Shown: positions 34,752 to 49,609 of the stretch, in pieces
Layout: each line of letters starts with the position of its first letter
How positions within the stretch are numbered: position 1 is the first letter of the stretch
Source of the DNA: an uncultured Chloroflexia bacterium
GTDB taxonomy: Bacteria; Chloroflexota; Limnocylindria; Limnocylindrales; CSP1-4
Length of the DNA: 64,000 nt
Reading direction: 5' to 3'
NCBI GenBank assembly: GCA_963766675.1
Contig: CAVYBA010000002.1
Location: 1,274,806-1,338,805 of the forward strand
Notes under the pieces: generated by a model
Databases searched by the model: none
Seen by the model: only the letters and a program-made list of their open reading frames with translations
What the model was told of the DNA's origin: nothing
Program-made: the position numbers and the translations under genes

Positions 34752-35711
34752 TCATGCCGATCGCGCCTCCCGGACGATGTGCGTGCCGGCCTGGCCACGA
34801 ACCGCGTCGCGGAGATGCGGCGGATCGGTGATGATCGCCTCGCGCCCGCCGCGCTCGAGATACCAGATGCAGGCCTCGATCTTGGGCGCCATGCTGCCGG
34901 CCGCGAAGTGCGTCCCCTCGGCCAGGTAGTGCTTGGCCTCGGCGAGAGTCAGCGTGTCGATCCAGCGCTGCTCCGGCTTGCCGAAGTCGAGGGCGACCCG
35001 CTCCACTGCCGTCGCAATGACGAACACGTCCGCCCCGAGCTCGCTGGCCAGCAGCGAGCTGGCGAAGTCCTTGTCGATGACGGCCGGGACGCCGTGCAGG
35101 TTGCCCTCCGCGTCGCGGGCGACGGGGATCCCGCCACCGCCCACGGTGATCACGACGAACCCGGCAGCGGCGAGGACCTTGACCGCCGGGAGCTCGACGA
35201 TGCTGGTCGGGATCGGCGAGGCGACGACGACGCGCTTGCCCCGTCCGGCGTCCTCGACGATCGTCCAGCCGTCCGCCTGGCGCCGGGCGGCCATCTCCTC
35301 GTCGAGGAAGGAGCCGATCGGCTTGGTCGGGTGCGTGAACGCGGGGTCGGTCCTGCTGACCTCGACCTGGGTGACCACGGTCACGGCCTGCTTGTCGATC
35401 CCGCGGCGAGCGAAATCGTGGCCCATGGCCTGCTGGAGCTCATAGCCGATGGCGCCCTGCGTATCGGCGCCGCAGACGTCGAGCGGCACCTCGTGCAGCT
35501 CGTGGGCGGCCAGCTCGGAACGACGCAGGATGAACCCGACCTGGGGGCCGTTGCCATGGCCGATCGCCAGGCGCCAGCCATCCTCGACCAGCGCCGTCAG
35601 GTGGTGGCTGGTTTCCTCGAGGGCGGCCATCTGGTCCGGGACCGACTGATGGGCCTTGTCCTTGATCAGCGCGTTCCCGCCGATCGCCACGACCATGAGT
35701 GGACTCGTCAT
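34752..35711 (-). CDS. carbamate kinase
   Basis: 319 aa. Motifs VVAIGGNAL, HGNGPQVG, VITVGGGGIPV, VIDKDFAS, GSMAPKIEA. The longer ORF to 36746 overlaps the next gene and is rejected. Confidence 0.85.
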   Translation of the reverse strand: MTSPLMVVAIGGNALIKDKAHQSVPDQMAALEETSHHLTALVEDGWRLAIGHGNGPQVGFILRRSELAAHELHEVPLDVCGADTQGAIGYELQQAMGHDFARRGIDKQAVTVVTQVEVSRTDPAFTHPTKPIGSFLDEEMAARRQADGWTIVEDAGRGKRVVVASPIPTSIVELPAVKVLAAAGFVVITVGGGGIPVARDAEGNLHGVPAVIDKDFASSLLASELGADVFVIATAVERVALDFGKPEQRWIDTLTLAEAKHYLAEGTHFAAGSMAPKIEACIWYLERGGREAIITDPPHLRDAVRGQAGTHIVREARSA

Positions 35712-35812
35712 GTGCTCTTCTCCCCGGCGCAGGGCCGGCATGCGGCAGGTCGTCGGATGCGTCGCTCGCCGGCCCGGCCAACCGGCCGGGGCTCGGCGGG
35801 CGGGTGGTCGCC

Positions 35813-36790
<978 letters not shown>

Positions 36791-36828
36791 GGCAGTCTCC
36801 TTGAGGGTTCGGAGTTCGGGTGCCAGGC

Positions 36829-37782
36829 CTACTCGGCCGCGCCGAGGATCAGGGCGAGCATGCCCATCTTCAGGACGACGCCGTTGAACGCCTCGGCCCA
36901 GTAGCGCTGGTGGCGGGTGGCGTCGACGTCGGCCAGGAGCTCGTCCATCCGTGGCAGCGAGTGGAGGATGATCGAGCTGCGCTTGGCCTTCTCGCGCAGG
37001 AGCTCGCGGGTGACGCAGTACTCGGGCGGTGTCAGCCCGACCTGGTCGCTGCGTTCGACGCGCGACGCGGTGTAATCGGCCTGGACGACCGGCTCCATGT
37101 AGATGACGTCGGCCTGGTCGATGACGTCGCGGACGTCCGCGGCCTCTTCGTAGTCGACGTTGAGCGCGTCGATCTCGGCCTTGAACTCCGGCAGCAGGCT
37201 CATCTCCGGCGGCCCGACGACGATCGCCTTGGCATCGAACTGCGACAGCGCGTACAGGATCGAGTGCATCGTCCGCATCCGCATGTCGCCGACCAGCACC
37301 CAGGTCAGCCCGTCAAGCGTGCCCTTCTCGAGGAGCGTGGTGTACAGGTCGGTCAGCACCTGGGTCGGGTGCTCGCCCCAACCGTCGCCGCAGTTGATGA
37401 CCGGCACGGACGCCCACTTGGCCGCCTCGGCCGGCGCGCCCTGCTGGAAGTGACGGATCGCGATGACGTCGGCGTAGTACTCGAGCATATGGAACGTGTC
37501 CTTGATCGACTCCTGGTAGAAGTCGCCGGCGCGCGTCATCTTCGAGTCGGAGAAGCCGAGGACCTGGCCGCCCAGTCGGTGCATGGCGGCCTCGTGCGAC
37601 AGCCGCGTCCGGGTCGACGGCTGGTAGAACGCCGTCAGCATCGTCTTGTTCTTGAGCAGGTCGGTGTTGCGACGGTCGCGAGCGAAGGGGCGCAGGTCGT
37701 CGGCGACCTGGAAGACGCGAAAGAACTCGTCCCGACTGAAGTCCTTGAGGGACAGGATGTCGCGACCGAGGAAGCTCCTCAT
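36829..37782 (-). CDS. PyrB-like carbamoyltransferase paralogue with a non-canonical amino-acid site
   Basis: Carries QPSTRTRLSHE, IAIRH, GEHPTQVLTDL, GDMRMRTMHS and LHSLPRMDEL, as in ATCase catalytic chains. The region equivalent to TRVQKER reads EPVVQAD. Confidence 0.75.
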   Translation of the reverse strand: MRSFLGRDILSLKDFSRDEFFRVFQVADDLRPFARDRRNTDLLKNKTMLTAFYQPSTRTRLSHEAAMHRLGGQVLGFSDSKMTRAGDFYQESIKDTFHMLEYYADVIAIRHFQQGAPAEAAKWASVPVINCGDGWGEHPTQVLTDLYTTLLEKGTLDGLTWVLVGDMRMRTMHSILYALSQFDAKAIVVGPPEMSLLPEFKAEIDALNVDYEEAADVRDVIDQADVIYMEPVVQADYTASRVERSDQVGLTPPEYCVTRELLREKAKRSSIILHSLPRMDELLADVDATRHQRYWAEAFNGVVLKMGMLALILGAAE

Positions 37783-39169
37783 GACCTGGTGTCCTCCTGT
37801 ACGGGGTGACGGGTGATGCCCGAAAAGCAGATGACGACGGTCTCGTCTGGACGGAGCGCGCCGCTGCGCGCGAGCTGGAGCAGGCCGGCCAGACCGGCCG
37901 AACCGGTGGGATCGACGTCGATCCCGGTCGCCTCACGAGCGAGGTCGTTGGCGGCCTCGAGCGTGGGCTCGTCGACGACGAGCGACGTCCCGCCGGTGCG
38001 AAGCATTCCGGCGACGACCGCCTGCCAGTCGTAGGTCTCGTCGTCGAGGATCCCGTGGGCGACGCTGTGGGGCGTCTCCTCCCACGGCCACATGAATTCG
38101 GGACGATGGTGCGCGGCGAATGCCAGCGCCTTGTCGATCGACTCCCCGGCGGCGACGCGCTCGGCCACGCGCCCGTGGGCTCGAGCCAGCGGGAAGGCAC
38201 CCCGGGTCTGGACGGTGTCGAACCGTGGTGCATCGACGTGGATGCCCGCCGCGCCGGCGTCGGCGAAGCCGGCGATCACCGACGAGGCGAGCGCCCCGCC
38301 GCCGACCTGGATGACGACCCGGTCGATCCGCGACGGACCGTCGGACCGGCCGACCGTGGCCGCCAGTTCGAGGCCGAGCGTCTCGCCGCCTTCGACCGCG
38401 AAGGCATTGAGGTTCCCCTGGCAGGTGAACGGCAGGGCGCCCTCCGCGAGCGCATCGAGGAGCTCGAGATAGGTCGGATCGCCGGCGACCCCCGGGGTTC
38501 GCTCGCAGACGGCGAGCTCCGCGCCGAGTGCCCGCAGCCGCGCGACGACGGCCGGGTCGGCGTCGGTCGGGATGAACACGAGCAGCCGGCGACCGGCCGC
38601 CCGGGCGACCACCGCGGCGGCCAGCGCCGCGTTTCCGCAGCTGGCGATGGCCAGGGGCCGCTCGGCGCCGCTCCCGCCGACCTCGAGCTCGAGCAGGGTC
38701 CCGAACAGGTGCCGAGCCTTGTGCGACCCCGACACGTTGCCGGTCTCGTCCTTGACCCACACGCCTCCCGCGGCGGACAACCCGACGGCGTCTGACAGCG
38801 CGGCACTCCGGCGGAACGGCGTGACCCGGAAGCCATGGCCGTCGACCGCCGCGACCGCATCATCGAGCCGGCGGACCAGGCCGACGTAGTCATCGTCGCT
38901 CCAGCCGGCGGCGCGGGCCGCATGCCAGGCGTGGAACAGCTGGCGGTACGCGACGAACGGATTGGGGTCGTCGGCGCCCGTCAGGTGGTCGATCGACGAG
39001 CCGACGTGGCGGACCAGCACGTGGTCGATGCCGTCACCGTCGATCGCATTGGGGCAGACGAGCGGGACCGGCGTGCCATCGGCCGGCTGCATCCCGCAAC
39101 CGGCGCAGGCGAACCAGGTAGGTGGCCGCTCGGCCATGGCGGGCCGTCCCGTTGCCTCGCGCCCGACGG

Positions 39170-39173
<4 letters not shown>
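37779..39173 (-). CDS. fold-type II PLP enzyme, threonine-synthase-like
   Basis: SGSHKAR (PLP lysine), [21 protein letters not shown], and an N-terminal Cys-rich stretch FACAGCG...LVCPN. ATGA overlaps at both ends (39170-39173 and 37779-37782). Confidence 0.7.
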
Positions 39174-40669
<1,496 letters not shown>

Positions 40670-40769
40670 GTCAATCCTCAGATCACAAGGAACCGAGCGA
40701 GGGACGGCCGCTCGGAAGACGGATCACGCTTGCGGGGGGACGAACACCGCGTGCTGTCTGGCTGCGGCG

Positions 40770-40808
40770 ATGCTAGCATGCCGCAACGGTTCTGTAATGT
40801 TGTTTACA
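40770..40808. promoter_or_regulatory. palindromes in the AT-richer core of the 336-nt divergent control region
   Basis: ATGCTAGCAT (40770-40779, perfect 10-bp palindrome) and TGTAA-N6-TTACA (40793-40808, CRP/FNR-family-like geometry). Confidence 0.3.
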
Positions 40809-41004
40809 CTAACTGGAAGGAATACGTAACCTTACCTGTACCGAAGTTCGGCTTCGGTAGAGCCAATCGGTACGGAAACGAGCGGGCTGAACGGCCCCCT
40901 TCCCGGGCCGAATAGCGGGTGGTCATCCGCCCCCCGACCGGCGATAACTCAACACCAGGCTGCGGCGGCCCCGTCCTCCATCTCGCGGCCAGCGAAGGCA
41001 GGTT

Positions 41005-43638
<2,634 letters not shown>

Positions 43639-43661
43639 TCGCGACGGGGAGGACGACGACG

Positions 43662-44684
43662 GTGTCAGCGATCACTCCGGGTCTGGTCTGCGCCCACCAC
43701 CACCTCTATTCGGCGCTCGCCCGGGGCATGCCCGCGCCGCCCAGGGTGGCTGCCAGCTTCCAGGAGATCCTCGAGCAGGTCTGGTGGCGGCTCGACAGCG
43801 CCCTCGACCTCGAGATGATCCGCTGGTCGGCCATGCTCGGCGCCCTCGAGGCGCTCGAGAGCGGGACGACGGCCATTGTCGACCATCACGAATCCCCCAA
43901 CGCCATCGAGGGCAGTCTCGACGTCATCGCCGAGGCCTGCGCGGAGGTCGGCGTCCGGTCGATGCTGGCCTACGGCATCACCGATCGCCACGGTCCCGAC
44001 GGCGCACGACGTGGGCTGGCCGAGAACGAGCGATTCATCCGCGCCGGCGGGCACGGATTGGTCGGCATCCACGCCGCGTTCACCTGCTCCGACGACTCGC
44101 TCGCGGCCGCGGCCGGGCTCGCCGCCGACCTGGGCGTCGGCGTCCACGTGCACGTCTGCGAGGGTGCCGGCGATGCCGACGCGCCGCGCCGGCTGGCGGG
44201 CCTCACGCGGGATGACTGGCTCCTCGCCCACTGCGTCCACCTGCCCACCGACCATGACCTGCGCGGCACGATCCTCCACAACCCCATGTCGAACCTGAAC
44301 AACGCGGTCGGCTATGCGAACCCGGCCCGGTTCGCCAACCCGGTCGCGCTGGGCACGGACGGGATCGGCGGGAACGTGCTGGAGGCGTTCCGGCTGGCCT
44401 ACGTCATGGAGCGATCCGTCGACGTCACGTGCGGCCCCGACACCGCCTGGGGCTGGCTGGCCACCGGCTGGGACCTGGTGCCCGAGGCCCGCAAGGACCG
44501 GGTCACCTGGTCCTACGACCCGATGGACCCGTGGCACGTCGCCTTCACCCCCGGAATCCGGCCCATGGAGGTGAGCGTCGGCGGCGAGGTCGTCCTTCGC
44601 GACGGCAGCCCGACCCGTGTCGACGCCACGGAGATCCGCGCCAAGGCCCGCGAGCAGGCCGCCCGCCTCCACGCCCGGCTCTAG
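43662..44684 (+). CDS. ssnA: SsnA-like amidohydrolase (N-terminally short form)
   Basis: Blocks PGLVCAHHHLYSALARG, VWWRLDSALD, ESGTTAIVDHHESP, HNPMSNLNNAVGY and LGTDGIG match my recollection of E. coli SsnA. GTG 43662 lies behind GGGGAGGA. Confidence 0.8.
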   Translation: MSAITPGLVCAHHHLYSALARGMPAPPRVAASFQEILEQVWWRLDSALDLEMIRWSAMLGALEALESGTTAIVDHHESPNAIEGSLDVIAEACAEVGVRSMLAYGITDRHGPDGARRGLAENERFIRAGGHGLVGIHAAFTCSDDSLAAAAGLAADLGVGVHVHVCEGAGDADAPRRLAGLTRDDWLLAHCVHLPTDHDLRGTILHNPMSNLNNAVGYANPARFANPVALGTDGIGGNVLEAFRLAYVMERSVDVTCGPDTAWGWLATGWDLVPEARKDRVTWSYDPMDPWHVAFTPGIRPMEVSVGGEVVLRDGSPTRVDATEIRAKAREQAARLHARL

Positions 44685-44697
44685 GAGGGGCCTCCCG

Positions 44698-47600
44698 ATG
44701 TCCGATCGGTTCCACCCGATCTCGATGGAGCAGCTCACCCACTGGGTGTTCATCGAGCTCGACCGGAAGGACGCTGTCTTCAACATCCCGCGGTCGGCGT
44801 TCTTCGTGCCGCGGGCCGACCATCGATACCGGATCCGGGAACACGGCGTCGACCTCGATGCGCCGTTCGGCGTGGCCGCCGGCCCGCATTCGCAGATGGC
44901 CCAGAACATCGTCGCGGCGTGGCTGGCCGGCGCCCGTGTCATCGAGCTCAAGACCATCCAGACCCTCGACGAGCTCGACGTCAACAAGCCGTGCATCGAC
45001 GTCACGGACGAGGGCTACAACGTCGAGTGGTCGCAGGAGCTGCGCGTCCACCAGTCGTTCGACGAGTACCTGCGAGCCTGGGTGCTGATCCACGCCCTGC
45101 ACCGCCGGTTCGGCTGGCCCGGCGAGACGCCCGGCGTCCTGTTCAACATGAGCGTCGGCTACAACCTCGAGGGCATCCTCAAGCCCAACGTCCAGTGGTA
45201 CTTCGACGCGATGGCCGACGCCTCCGCGTACCTCCCGGCATACGTCGACATCGTCGCGGCGTACGAGCCGTCGGTGCGCGACCTGGCTATCCCATCGCGG
45301 CTGTCGGACACGATCACCCTGTCCACGATGCATGGCTGTCCGCCGGACGAGATCGAGCGGATCGCCGAATACCTGCTCGTCGACAAGGGGCTCCAGACCT
45401 CCGTCAAGTGCAATCCGACGCTCCTCGGGCCCGACCTGGTTCGCGGAATCGTCAACGACGACCTCGGCTTCCACGACGTGCCGATCCCCGACGAGGCGTT
45501 CGGGCACGACCTCAAGTACGCCGACGCGGTCCCGATGTTCCACCGTCTCCAGCGGGTCGCGGCCGGTCGAGGTCTCGGCTTCGGGCTCAAGCTGTCCAAC
45601 ACGCTCGAGGTCGAGAACTGGCGGACCGTGTTCGATCGCGACCCGACCATGTACCTGTCCGGACGTCCGCTCCACGCGGTGACGGCGAACCTCGCCGCCC
45701 GGCTGGCCGACGAGTTCGATGGCGGTCTGCCGCTGTCGTTCGCCGGCGGCGCCGACTGCTTCAACGTCGCCGACCTGCTCCGGTCGGGGATGAGGACGAT
45801 CACGGTTGCCTCGGACCTGCTCAAGACGGGCGGCTACCTGCGCCTCCTCCAGTACTCAGAGAAGACCGACGAGGCGTTCGACGCGGTCGGCGCCAGTTCG
45901 ACCACCGACTTCATCGTGCGATCGGCCGCGGCCGGCGGGTTCGCCGGCGCCACGGGCGACGATCCGGCGACGATCGCGGCGTGCGCCGGCTTCAACGTGC
46001 GCCGCTATGCCGACGCGGTCCGCCACGACTGGCGCTATCGCAAGGCGTCGTTCCGGATGGACCACTCGAAGACCCTGCGAGGCCTCGGCTCGTTCGACTG
46101 CATCAAGGCGCCGTGCGTCGACACGTGCCCCGTCGACCAGGCCGTCCCGCTGTACATGGGCGCGCTGCGTCGCGGCGAACTGGCCGAGGCCGTCCGGATC
46201 ACCCGCGAGGACAACCCCCTGCCCTCGATCCTGGGTCGGGCGTGCGACCACCTGTGCGAATCGACCTGCGTCCGGACGCACCTGGACGAGCCACTGGCCA
46301 TTCGGCACATCAAGCGGTTCGTGATGGACCACGAAACGACCGCCGATGCCGGTGACGTGGCGCCGCCGCCCGTCGGCTTGCGCGTCGCGATCATCGGGGC
46401 CGGCCCGGCGGGACTCGCGGCGGCTCGCGAGCTGGCCCGTGCCGGCGTGACCGTCACGATCTTCGAAGCGCAGCCGTACGCCGGCGGCATGGTCGGCGGG
46501 GCAATCCCCGAATACCGGCTGCCGCAGGCGCGACTCGACCAGGACCTGGCCGTCCTGGCGCGCCTGGGCGTCGAGATCCGCTACGGCATCCGCGCCGGGG
46601 TGGACATCACGATCGAGGGGCTCCGCGCCGACGGGTATGCCGCGATCTTCGTGGCCGTGGGAGCGCAGGCGGCCAGGCGGCTCGACCTGCCCGGCGAGGA
46701 CGCGGCCGGGATCGTCGACGGAGTGACGTTCCTGCGGGGCGTTCGCGAAGGGCGGCCGATCCCGCTCGGCGGCCGGGTCGGCGTGATCGGTGCCGGCGAC
46801 ACCGCGATGGACTGCGCTCGTTCGGCGCGGCGCCTCGGTGCGGGGACCGTTTCGCTGGTGTACCGCCGGACGATCGATCAGATGCCGGCCGATCCCGAGG
46901 AGATCCACGACGCGATCGCCGAGGGCGTCGAGATCGTCGAGCTCGCCAGCCCGGCGAGCCTGCGGATCGCGGACGGCCGGCTGGCCGCCCTGGTCTGCAC
47001 GCGGACCGCCTACCGCGGCGAACGGGATGCCACCGGCAGGAAGGTCCCGGTCGACGTCCCGGGCTCGGAATTCGAGATCGGGCTCGACACGCTCATCGTT
47101 GCCATCAGCCAGCATTCGGCGCTCGGCGTCTTCGGCGACGCGCCGCCGGCCCTGACGCCGGCGCGGTACATCGCGGTGGACCCGGTCACGTTCGAGACCT
47201 CGATCCCGGGCGTCTACGCCGGCGGCGACGTCGCGGCGCACGGGCCGTCCTCGATCGTCCGGGCCGCGGCCGACGGCAAGCGCGTCGCCGCGGCGATCGC
47301 CGCGGCCCACGGCCTCACCAGGCCGGCCGCCGCCACCGTCGACGATCCGATCGACGTGCCGGCCCTGGTCGTCCGCCGCGCCCGGCGCGAGTACCGCGTC
47401 CCGATCCGCGCGTCCGGGCTCGACGCCCGCGCCGGATTCGACGAGACCGCGCTCGGGTACACCCCGGACGAAGCCCGGGCCGAGGCGTCGCGCTGCCTCG
47501 ACTGCCACCAGATCTGCAGCCTGTGCGTCGGCGTCTGTCCGAACCTGGCCCTGATGACGTACGAGTCCGCCCCGATCTCGGTCGACCTGCCGACGCTGGT

Positions 47601-48099
47601 CGTCCGCGACGGCGCCATTGAGCCGACGGGTCCGCGCCGCCCGTTTGCCGCCGAGCAGCGGCTCCAGATCGCGGTCCTGACCGACTTCTGCAACGAATGC
47701 GGCAACTGCGTGACCGCGTGCCCGACCTCTGGCTCGCCGTACCGCGACAAGCCGCGACTCTATCTCGACCGCGCGGACTTCCTGGCGCAGGCGTCGAATG
47801 CGTTCATGCCGCTGGGCGACGGCGTCATGGAGGGCCGTTTCGATGGCCGGACCCACCGGATCGAGGTGGACGACCGGATCGAATACCGCGGTCCGGCGTT
47901 CCGCGCGACCCTGGACCCGAGGACCCTGGAGCTGATCGAGGCGACACCGACCGGCGCCGACGACGGGGAGGAGCTCACGCTCGAGCCCGTCGCGGTCATG
48001 TCAACCCTGCTGGCCGGACTGCGCGGATCGATGCCGCACATCCCCGTGGCGGCCGCCGGTGGAACGTTCGTCGCCGAACCGGGGCCGACCGCCGGGTGA
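44698..48099 (+). CDS. ygfK: YgfK-like Fe-S flavoprotein (DPD-like barrel plus GltD-like FAD/NAD(P) domain plus ferredoxin-like clusters)
   Basis: Blocks FGVAAGPHSQMAQNIVAAWLAGARVIELKTIQ, NVEWSQE, MSVGYNLEGI, LSTMHGCPPDEIERIAEYLL, IIGAGPAGLAAARELARAG and CNECGNCVTACP match my recollection of E. coli YgfK. ATG 44698 lies behind AGGAGGGG. Confidence 0.85.
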   Translation: MSDRFHPISMEQLTHWVFIELDRKDAVFNIPRSAFFVPRADHRYRIREHGVDLDAPFGVAAGPHSQMAQNIVAAWLAGARVIELKTIQTLDELDVNKPCIDVTDEGYNVEWSQELRVHQSFDEYLRAWVLIHALHRRFGWPGETPGVLFNMSVGYNLEGILKPNVQWYFDAMADASAYLPAYVDIVAAYEPSVRDLAIPSRLSDTITLSTMHGCPPDEIERIAEYLLVDKGLQTSVKCNPTLLGPDLVRGIVNDDLGFHDVPIPDEAFGHDLKYADAVPMFHRLQRVAAGRGLGFGLKLSNTLEVENWRTVFDRDPTMYLSGRPLHAVTANLAARLADEFDGGLPLSFAGGADCFNVADLLRSGMRTITVASDLLKTGGYLRLLQYSEKTDEAFDAVGASSTTDFIVRSAAAGGFAGATGDDPATIAACAGFNVRRYADAVRHDWRYRKASFRMDHSKTLRGLGSFDCIKAPCVDTCPVDQAVPLYMGALRRGELAEAVRITREDNPLPSILGRACDHLCESTCVRTHLDEPLAIRHIKRFVMDHETTADAGDVAPPPVGLRVAIIGAGPAGLAAARELARAGVTVTIFEAQPYAGGMVGGAIPEYRLPQARLDQDLAVLARLGVEIRYGIRAGVDITIEGLRADGYAAIFVAVGAQAARRLDLPGEDAAGIVDGVTFLRGVREGRPIPLGGRVGVIGAGDTAMDCARSARRLGAGTVSLVYRRTIDQMPADPEEIHDAIAEGVEIVELASPASLRIADGRLAALVCTRTAYRGERDATGRKVPVDVPGSEFEIGLDTLIVAISQHSALGVFGDAPPALTPARYIAVDPVTFETSIPGVYAGGDVAAHGPSSIVRAAADGKRVAAAIAAAHGLTRPAAATVDDPIDVPALVVRRARREYRVPIRASGLDARAGFDETALGYTPDEARAEASRCLDCHQICSLCVGVCPNLALMTYESAPISVDLPTLVVRDGAIEPTGPRRPFAAEQRLQIAVLTDFCNECGNCVTACPTSGSPYRDKPRLYLDRADFLAQASNAFMPLGDGVMEGRFDGRTHRIEVDDRIEYRGPAFRATLDPRTLELIEATPTGADDGEELTLEPVAVMSTLLAGLRGSMPHIPVAAAGGTFVAEPGPTAG

Positions 48100-48149
48100 C
48101 GACGCCCCGAAACCGGCGCCTGCGCGGGTTCGGACCACGGGCCGCGGCC

Positions 48150-49541
48150 TCAGCCGGACGCGAGCAGCGTACGAGCGATGCGGTTGTGGTCCTCGAGGAC
48201 CATTGGCAGGTCGACCGTCACCAGCTGCCCATCGCGGACGACCGCTCGGCCGTGGACGTAGGTGAACGCCGCCGACGCCGGCGCGCAGAAGATCACGGCG
48301 GCAACCGGGTCGTCGAGGGCTCCGGCGAACCCTGGCGCGCGCAGGTCGATCGCGAAGAAGTCGGCGCAGTGACCGACGGCCAAGGCGCCGATGTCGTCGC
48401 GTCCGAGGACAGTCGCGCCACCGAGCGTCGCGAGCTCGAGCACCTCCCGCGCCGACATTGGCGCCCGGGCGTCCGGCTCGGCCGGGCTGCGACGGCGATC
48501 CTCGGCGAGTGCCACCCGGGCCAGCAGCATCGCCTGGCGCGCCTCCGCGAGCAGGTTCGACCCGTCGTTGCTGGCCGACCCGTCGACGCCGAGACCCACC
48601 GGCACGCCGGACGCCCGCATTCGCCCGACGGGCGCGATGCCCGATGCCAGCCGCATGTTGCTGGTCGGGCAGTGGGCGACGCCGGTGCCCGCCCGGGCCA
48701 ATGCGTCGACCTCGCCCGGCTCCAGGTGGACGCCGTGCGCGAACCAGACGTCGGGACCCAGCCAGCCGAGCTCAGCCATGTACTCGACCGGCCGGCGGCC
48801 GACGGTCTCGAGGCAGAACCGCTCCTCGTCGAGCGTCTCGGCCAAGTGCGTGTGGAGCCGGACGCCGAGCGACCGGGCGAGCGTGGCGGTCTCGCGCATC
48901 AGGTCGGACGTGACCGAGAACGGTGAGCAGGGCGCTAACCCGATCCGGAGCATCGACCCCGCCGACGGGTCGTGGAACGTCTCCACCACCCGCTGCGAAT
49001 CCCGGAGGATCGCCGCCTCGTCCTCGACACACCGGTCCGGCGGGAGCCCGCCGCGCGACTCGCCGAGCGACATGCTCCCGCGCGTGGCGTGGAACCGGAG
49101 GCCGATCTCGGCTGCCGCCTCGATCGTGTCGTCGAGCGTGCTGCCGTTGGGGTAGAGGTACAGGTGATCGGAGCTGGTGGTGCAGCCGGACAGGGCCAGC
49201 TCCGCCAGCCCGGTCAGTGTCGACACACGGACGCCCTCCGGCGTCAGCCTCGCCCAGACTGGGTACAGCGCGCGCAGCCAGTCGAACAGCGCCGCGTCCT
49301 GGGCGGCCGGGATCGCCCGGGTCAGCGTCTGGTACAGGTGGTGATGGGCGTTGACGAGCCCCGGCAGCACGACGTGATCGCGCAGGTCCAGCACCTCGTC
49401 AGCCGTGTCTGGGAGCTCGGCCGTTGGTCCGACCTGCGTGATGGTCCCGTCGACGGCGAACAGGCCGCCACCGGCGAGCTCGCGACGCTCTGCGTCGTGG
49501 GTGACGAGGACCGTCGCGTTGCGGACCAGCAGGCTGGTCAT
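48150..49541 (-). CDS. ATZ/TRZ-type amidohydrolase, 8-oxoguanine/guanine-deaminase-like
   Basis: Motifs LLVRNATVLVT, PGLVNAHHHLYQTLTRA, HTHLAET, HCPTSNMRLASG, GVDGSASND. Confidence 0.75.
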   Translation of the reverse strand: MTSLLVRNATVLVTHDAERRELAGGGLFAVDGTITQVGPTAELPDTADEVLDLRDHVVLPGLVNAHHHLYQTLTRAIPAAQDAALFDWLRALYPVWARLTPEGVRVSTLTGLAELALSGCTTSSDHLYLYPNGSTLDDTIEAAAEIGLRFHATRGSMSLGESRGGLPPDRCVEDEAAILRDSQRVVETFHDPSAGSMLRIGLAPCSPFSVTSDLMRETATLARSLGVRLHTHLAETLDEERFCLETVGRRPVEYMAELGWLGPDVWFAHGVHLEPGEVDALARAGTGVAHCPTSNMRLASGIAPVGRMRASGVPVGLGVDGSASNDGSNLLAEARQAMLLARVALAEDRRRSPAEPDARAPMSAREVLELATLGGATVLGRDDIGALAVGHCADFFAIDLRAPGFAGALDDPVAAVIFCAPASAAFTYVHGRAVVRDGQLVTVDLPMVLEDHNRIARTLLASG

Positions 49542-49609
49542 CCGCCGCTGCCCCGTCGGTCGCGCGAGACCGACATCGAGTCGATGACCGTCCCCATGCC
49601 GGCGTGCCC

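Noticed and set aside
40670-41004. Known riboswitch (purine, xanthine/NMT1, Moco, guanidine) in the leaders of the divergent operons.
   Set aside because: No conserved core sequences of these classes were recognisable by eye. Only generic hairpins were seen. The region is kept as a regulatory-region finding, not as an ncRNA feature.
48107-48133. Bidirectional terminator between the convergent ygfK-like and deaminase-like genes (CCGAAACC...GGGTTCGG).
   Set aside because: The stem is short and imperfect (5 plus 2 bp with a mismatch) and has no U-tract. It is too weak to call as a feature.
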